This document shows, one piece after another, positions 59,651 to 64,000 of a stretch of 64,000 bases of DNA. The DNA is from Malacoraja senta (taxonomy: Eukaryota): NCBI GenBank assembly GCA_038087875.1, contig CM075991.1, forward strand, positions 11,472,001 to 11,536,000. Reading direction: 5' to 3'. The stretch's first letter is position 1, and every line of letters starts with the position of its first letter. The position numbers and the translations under genes were made by a program. The notes beneath the pieces were generated by a model. It was given only the letters and a program-made list of their open reading frames with translations, ran no database searches and had not been told where the DNA came from.

Positions 59651-61034
59651 CTTTTTAGTTTGCAAAAGGAGAAATAAAATCAATTTGCTTTTACTGTGCC
59701 GGAGCCCGGCGATCGGGCGCGGATCGCACCGCGTGCCCCAGCGCCGGTCTCTCTCCGTCCCCCGCCACCACCGCATCACCTCGTGGGTTCCAGCGCAGGT
59801 TGGGTCTATTCCTGAACCCCAACCTCGCCATCCCACCCCTTACCACCCTCACCCACCACAACCACACACCCTTAACATCAACCATCCTATCAGTCTCGAC
59901 CCGAAACGTTGCCCATTCCTTCTCTCCTGAGATGTTGCCTCACCCGCTGAGTTACTCCAGCGTTCTGTGTCTACCTTTGGTTTAAACCCCTGAAGGATCT
60001 GCAGTTATTTCTTACACAGCTCTATTTCTGTACCTGTTCTGTCCCCGTTATCCAATTCTTCATCCAGATTCAGCTACATTTGACCTACATTCACTTTAAA
60101 CCAGCATCTGCAGTTCCTTCCTACACACTAACATCAGCTTTGTTGTTATCTTCTCCCAGCTAACAATTCTACAATTTCCTTGAACTCCATTCCCTTTGTT
60201 CTGTTTTCACACCTTGCACATCCCTATCTATGTATCCCCAGTCTGAAGAATGGTCTCGACCTGAAACGTCACCCATTTTCCTTCTCTGCAGAGATGCTGC
60301 CTGTCCCGCTGAGTTACTCCAGCATTTGGTGTCTATTAGTTTAGAGAAACAGGCCCTTCGACCCACCGGCTCCGCGCCGACCAGCGATCCCCGCACGCTA
60401 ACACTATCCTGCACACACTAGGGACAATTTTACCTTGATACCAAGTCAATCAACCTACAAACCTGCACGTCTTTGGAGTGTGTGAGGAAACCAAAGATCT
60501 CAGAGAAAACCCACGCGGGTCACGGGGAGAGCGTACAAACTCCGCACAGACAGCACCCGTAGTCGGGATCGAACCCGGGTCTCCGGCGCTGTGAGGCAGC
60601 AACTCTACCGCTGCACCACCTTGCCACCCATAGATAAGCAATAGAGACAAACAGACGGAAATAGGTCCTTTTGCCCACTGAGTCCGAGCTGACCCTCGTA
60701 CGCTAACCTGACAATAATCCCATTTCATTCTCCTCACATTCCTATCAACATCATTGAGGTACCGCCCCTATAGTCTTTTTTTCCCCTCGAGAAACAAGGA
60801 ACTGCAGATTCTGCTTTACAAAAAAAAGACCCAAATTGCTGGAGTAACTCAGTGGATCAGGCAGCACACTGGACAACATGGATAGACAGGTCTGAAACCC
60901 CCCCCCCCCAACCCAAAAGTCACCTATTCATGTTCTCCAGAGATGCTGCCTGACCCACTGAGCAACTCCAACACTTTGTGGCATTTTCCCATTTTTTTCT
61001 CATTAGTCGAGAATAATCTGGTGTTCGTTGTTGT

Positions 61035-61562
61035 TAGGGTTGGCAACTGTCCCGTATTAGCCGGGACATCCCGTATACTGGGCTAAATTGGTTTGTCCCG
61101 TACGGGACCGCCCTTGTCCCGTATTTGACCGCTACTACTCGGGTCGAGGGGACTGTCGGGTCGGAGCGCCGCGTCCGGCTTCGCCTCACCCTTCCCGACG
61201 TAGTGCAGCCCGTGGAGTGCAGCAGCAGCAGCAGCAGCAGCAGCGCCTCGCCCGTGGCCCCGTCGGTCGGTCGGCAGCCCGGCCAGCTGTCCGGACCTTC
61301 GGACCTTCGCTTACCGCCGATACCACCACCGCCCCTCCTTCTCCTGTCCGATCATCGGTTCATGAGTTGGATGGGGTGCCGGACTTTGGGCCCAAACTCC
61401 TCAGCTGGCCCGCCGGCTGGGCTTTGTGTGCAGTCCAGCACCCGGGGCCAACTCATCGTTCACCCAGCCACAGCCGAGTCGGTCAACGAATTGCCGTCGG
61501 GAATGTGTCCCTTATTTTGACCTTTTGTCCCTTATTTGGGAGTGAGGAAGTTGGCGACCCCA
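61035..61562. mobile_element. hAT-like MITE (TAGGGTTGGCAAC termini)
   Basis: TAGGGTTGGCAACT...AGTTGGCGACCC with subterminal GTCCCGTA/GTCCCTTA repeats. TSD not clear. Confidence 0.55.
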
Positions 61563-64000
61563 ATCGATCTATTTCTCTACCCATTCACCAACCTATCAAG
61601 TTTTCATCCAAATTCAGCTCCTTTTGACCTCCATACCCTCCAGTTGATGGCTTTCCCCATCCGCGCCCCATTAATGTGCCTCATCTTCTCCTCTGTTAAT
61701 CTACCACGGCCAGACCTCTCCCTCTGTGCCTCATTCAATTAGTACGGGTGTCAGGGGTTACGAGGAGAAGGCAGGAGATTTGGGCTGAGTAGACTTGATG
61801 GGCCGAATGGCCTAAGTCTGCTCCGATCACTGATGGACACGCCTGTTTGAAACATAGAAAATAGGTGCAGGAGTAGGCCATTCGGCCCTTCGAGCCAGCG
61901 CACCGCCACTCAATATGATCATGGCTGACCATCCAGAATTAGTACCCTGTTCCTGCTTTCTCCCCCATAACCCTTGATGCCGTTAGCCCTAAGAGCTATA
62001 TGTAACTCTGACTCTGTGGCAGAGAATGCCACATGTCTCTGCCCGTTCCCCATAATACAGGAAGATTATTAGATTTAAAGTGGAGGTCTATACTGGAGAG
62101 TCCCTCTGAAGATTGCTGCCTAGGTGGTCCGATGGAAGCTACGGGGAGATCTAACGATTCCGCTATCCATTTGCAGCCTCTTCTATTTTTACCATCGAGA
62201 CACAAATGTTCCTCTGGCCACGGCATTTTTTCCATGCCCCGCGCTGAATCGAGCTTCTTGTGTCCACAATACATAAATATTCTCGAATTTCACTCGGTTG
62301 TTTCACCTGGAGAGTTCGGGCCGAACCCGAGGTCTCCAGAGGTCTGAGCGACTGTGAATTCCACGGTGACTGTGTCGGAAGGAATTGCTGCCAGATAGAC
62401 GCAAAATGCTGCATTAACTCAGCGGGACCGCCAGCATCTCTGGAGAGAAGGAATGGGTGACATTTGGGGTCGAGACGTCGGAGTCTGAAGAAGGGTCTCG
62501 ACCCGAAACGTCACCCATTCCTTCTCTCCAGAGATGCCGCCTGTCCCGCTGAGTTACTGCAGCATTTTATGTCTATCTGCGACTGCAGTGAATGGCTGGA
62601 CCACGGGCCTGGTGACTCATTTTGTTTTTTAAATGCGGACACATCAACCAATGTTTCTTTCTGACTGAGTAGAGGGGGCTAACGGTGGCCTGGAGAACGA
62701 TCGAGCATAAATCAACAACCCTCAGAGATCATTCCCTGCATGCCTACTCTGGGTATTATCAGTATTTTGGGTTCTTCAAACCAAGTGTGAAACCCAAAGT
62801 ATCTGAATCAGAAGATTCTCTTCTGATTCAGATACTGTCCTCTCAGAGTGCGATGTGTATAAAGGATAATAGACAATGGACAATAGACAATAGACAATAG
62901 GTGCAGGAGTAGGCCATTCGGCCCTTCGAGCCAGCACCATATAAGATTGTTAAGGGTTTGGACACGCTAGAGGCAGGAAACATGTTCCCGATGTTGGGGG
63001 AGTCCAGAACCAGGGGCCACAGTTTAAGAATAAGGAGTAAGCCATTTAGAACGGAGACGAGGAAACACTTTTTCTCACAGAGAGTGGTGAGTCTGTGGAA
63101 TTCTCTGCCTCAGAGGGCGGTGGAGGCCGGTTCTCTGGATGCTTTCAAGAGAGAGCTAGATAGGGCTCTTAAAGATAGCGGAGTCAGGGGATGTGGGGAG
63201 AAGGCAGGAACGGGGTACTGATTGGGGATGATCAGCCATGATCACATTGAATGGCGGTGCTGGCTCGAAGGTGCCTACTCCTGCACCTGTTGTCTATTGT
63301 CTATTGTTTTACGCAACGTTTCAACTTCTCAACATAGAGTTGGTTCGTGGCCCCGACCACGGATGAACAAAGGAGGAGGACTGAACGTTATTGCCTTCCA
63401 CCACAGTGAAGAATGTTGATTCCACTGTGGTGGACGTTGATGTGGTATTCTCTTGTGTATTGTGCTCTTTGTGGCTGCATGGTGTCATATTCCACTCTTA
63501 CCTCAATTGGTGCGTGTGGCAATAAATGTGAACTTGAACTTGGGTTAAATGGCAAAAAGGACACAATTACAAAGTGGATTGGGTTTGAGTGCAGTAACAC
63601 CTGCCTTTGAGATGAAGGAGGAAGCTACTAAATGCAAGGAAACGCTGCAAACTGCAGATGCTGAAATTGGGAGGTAAAGTCAAAGTGCTGGAGAAACTCA
63701 GCGGGTCAGGCAGCAACTGTACAGAGAATGGACAGACATTCTTTTGGGCTGGAAGGAACTGCAGATGCTGATTCGGAATCCGAAGGTAGACACAGAAAGC
63801 TCAGCGGGTCAGGCAGCATCTCTGGAGAAAAGGAACAGGTGACTTTTCGGGACGAGACCCTTCTTCAGACTGAGAGTCAGGGGAGAAGGGAAACGACCGA
63901 TACAGACCGTGAATGTAGAGAGATGGTGAACAAGTGAATGGGTCTGAAGAAGGGTTTCGGCCCGAAACGTTGCCTATTTCCTCCAGTCTGAAGAAGGGTT

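Noticed and set aside
61219..61243. PolyQ/polyS coding repeat (CAG)n
   Set aside because: Lies inside a hAT-like MITE within FGF17 intronic sequence.

Overview
Repeat-rich vertebrate genomic DNA, most likely a cartilaginous fish (skate or ray), inferred from HE1/V-SINE and HER1/CR1-like repeats and the style of the proteins. Three host genes are supported. (1) The last three coding exons of ADGRA2/GPR124 lie on + (312-6131) and end in GLWKSETTV. (2) A single-coding-exon prion-family gene lies on - (CDS 21414-21791). It has a PrP-like N-terminus and hydrophobic core but a short Shadoo-like C-terminus with no globular domain. A plausible TATA/CCAAT promoter and non-coding exon 1 sit at about 29.1-29.2 kb, with a poly(A) signal at about 20.6 kb. 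(3) The last three coding exons of an FGF17-like gene lie on - (59650 to 56221). The rest is dominated by mobile DNA. This includes many Penelope-like termini carrying minimal hammerhead-ribozyme motifs, CR1, Rex1/Babar, L2-group and L1 LINE fragments, and tRNA-derived SINEs. There is also an internally deleted Gypsy LTR element nested in a Rex1 LINE, plus Harbinger-like and hAT-like MITEs. A CAAAG-terminated MITE family with 8-bp TSDs is P-element-like and includes a 36-bp apparent excision footprint. Mini- and microsatellites and two 200-N assembly gaps are also present. All assignments come from reading the sequence and recalled family motifs; no searches were run.
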